Shown in pieces: positions 63,670-64,000 of a DNA stretch of 64,000 bases (its first letter is position 1; every line of letters begins with the position of its first letter). Made by a program: the position numbers and the translations under genes. The notes under the pieces were generated by a model that did not search any database, was not told the DNA's origin, and was given only the letters and a program-made list of their open reading frames with translations. The DNA lies in the IMG/VR virus record IMGVR_UViG_3300021559_000006, one strand, 5' to 3'. This DNA is from an uncultured virus (IMG/VR IMGVR_UViG_3300021559_000006). Taxonomy: Duplodnaviria > Heunggongvirae > Uroviricota > Caudoviricetes.

Positions 63670-63945
63670 TCACTGGCCGGCCTCGGTGCAGGTCTTGCAG
63701 CGGGTGCGTCGGGTCTTCGGGTCGAGAGGGTTGACGGTGACCATCTGCGAGTCCGGGGTCAGCTGGCCGCAGCTCAGGCACTCGTCGCCGAGCATGTTGC
63801 GGAGCCGGTCGAGTTGGTCTGCGAACTCGCGGCGTTCGTTCGGCAGCATGTCCACGGCGATGCGTCGGGCTTCGGTGTAGTCCTGGTTGAGGACGTGCCA
63901 GAGGGCGGCGGTCTCGGCGAAGGTGGTGACGGGCGGTGTGGCCAT
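63670..63945 (-). CDS. Zinc-ribbon hypothetical protein
   Basis: AAGGAG RBS; CLSC...CKTC. Confidence 0.6.
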   Translation of the reverse strand: MATPPVTTFAETAALWHVLNQDYTEARRIAVDMLPNERREFADQLDRLRNMLGDECLSCGQLTPDSQMVTVNPLDPKTRRTRCKTCTEAGQ

Positions 63946-64000
63946 GGGTCAGCTCTCCTTGGGGAAGCGGGGCAGGCAGGTGTGGCGGTCGGCCAAGGCG

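Larger units (their letters stand above)
3232..64000. mobile_element. Temperate actinobacteriophage / prophage (siphovirus-type) with embedded conjugation module; boundaries not determined
   Basis: Complete terminase-portal-capsid-tail-lysis gene set plus repressor/Cro-like pair, replication gene and many small overlapping ORFs; no integrase in window. Confidence 0.93.

Overview
High-GC actinobacterial (Streptomycetaceae-like) temperate siphovirus or prophage, spanning nearly the whole window. No integrase is visible and both ends are open. Layout from left to right: (1) an HNH-SF2 helicase two-gene moron (219-2797). (2) A minus-strand late operon (about 34.6 kb down to 3.2 kb). It runs from tRNA-Ile through the small and large terminase, a portal with a class-3-type intein, a 2H-phosphoesterase/MuF fusion, protease/scaffold, major capsid, head-tail genes, tail tube, frameshifted tail chaperones, tape measure and tail tip, and ends in an expanded lysis cassette. 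(3) A Streptomyces-plasmid-type conjugation module with TraB/FtsK, TraA-like and Spd-like genes and clt-like 8-mer repeats (37.6-44.9 kb). (4) An immunity switch and a DnaB-N/DUF3987-type replication gene followed by a probable origin (46.8-49.9 kb). (5) A long array of small early genes (50-64 kb). Highlights: a 214-aa protamine-like His/Arg/Lys protein with no acidic residue inside the head-tail operon; an orphan FxSxx-COOH RiPP-precursor-like peptide; the phage-borne conjugation module; a candidate virion-delivered 2H phosphodiesterase; and several structured intergenic RNAs. All family names are from motif recognition by eye, not database searches.
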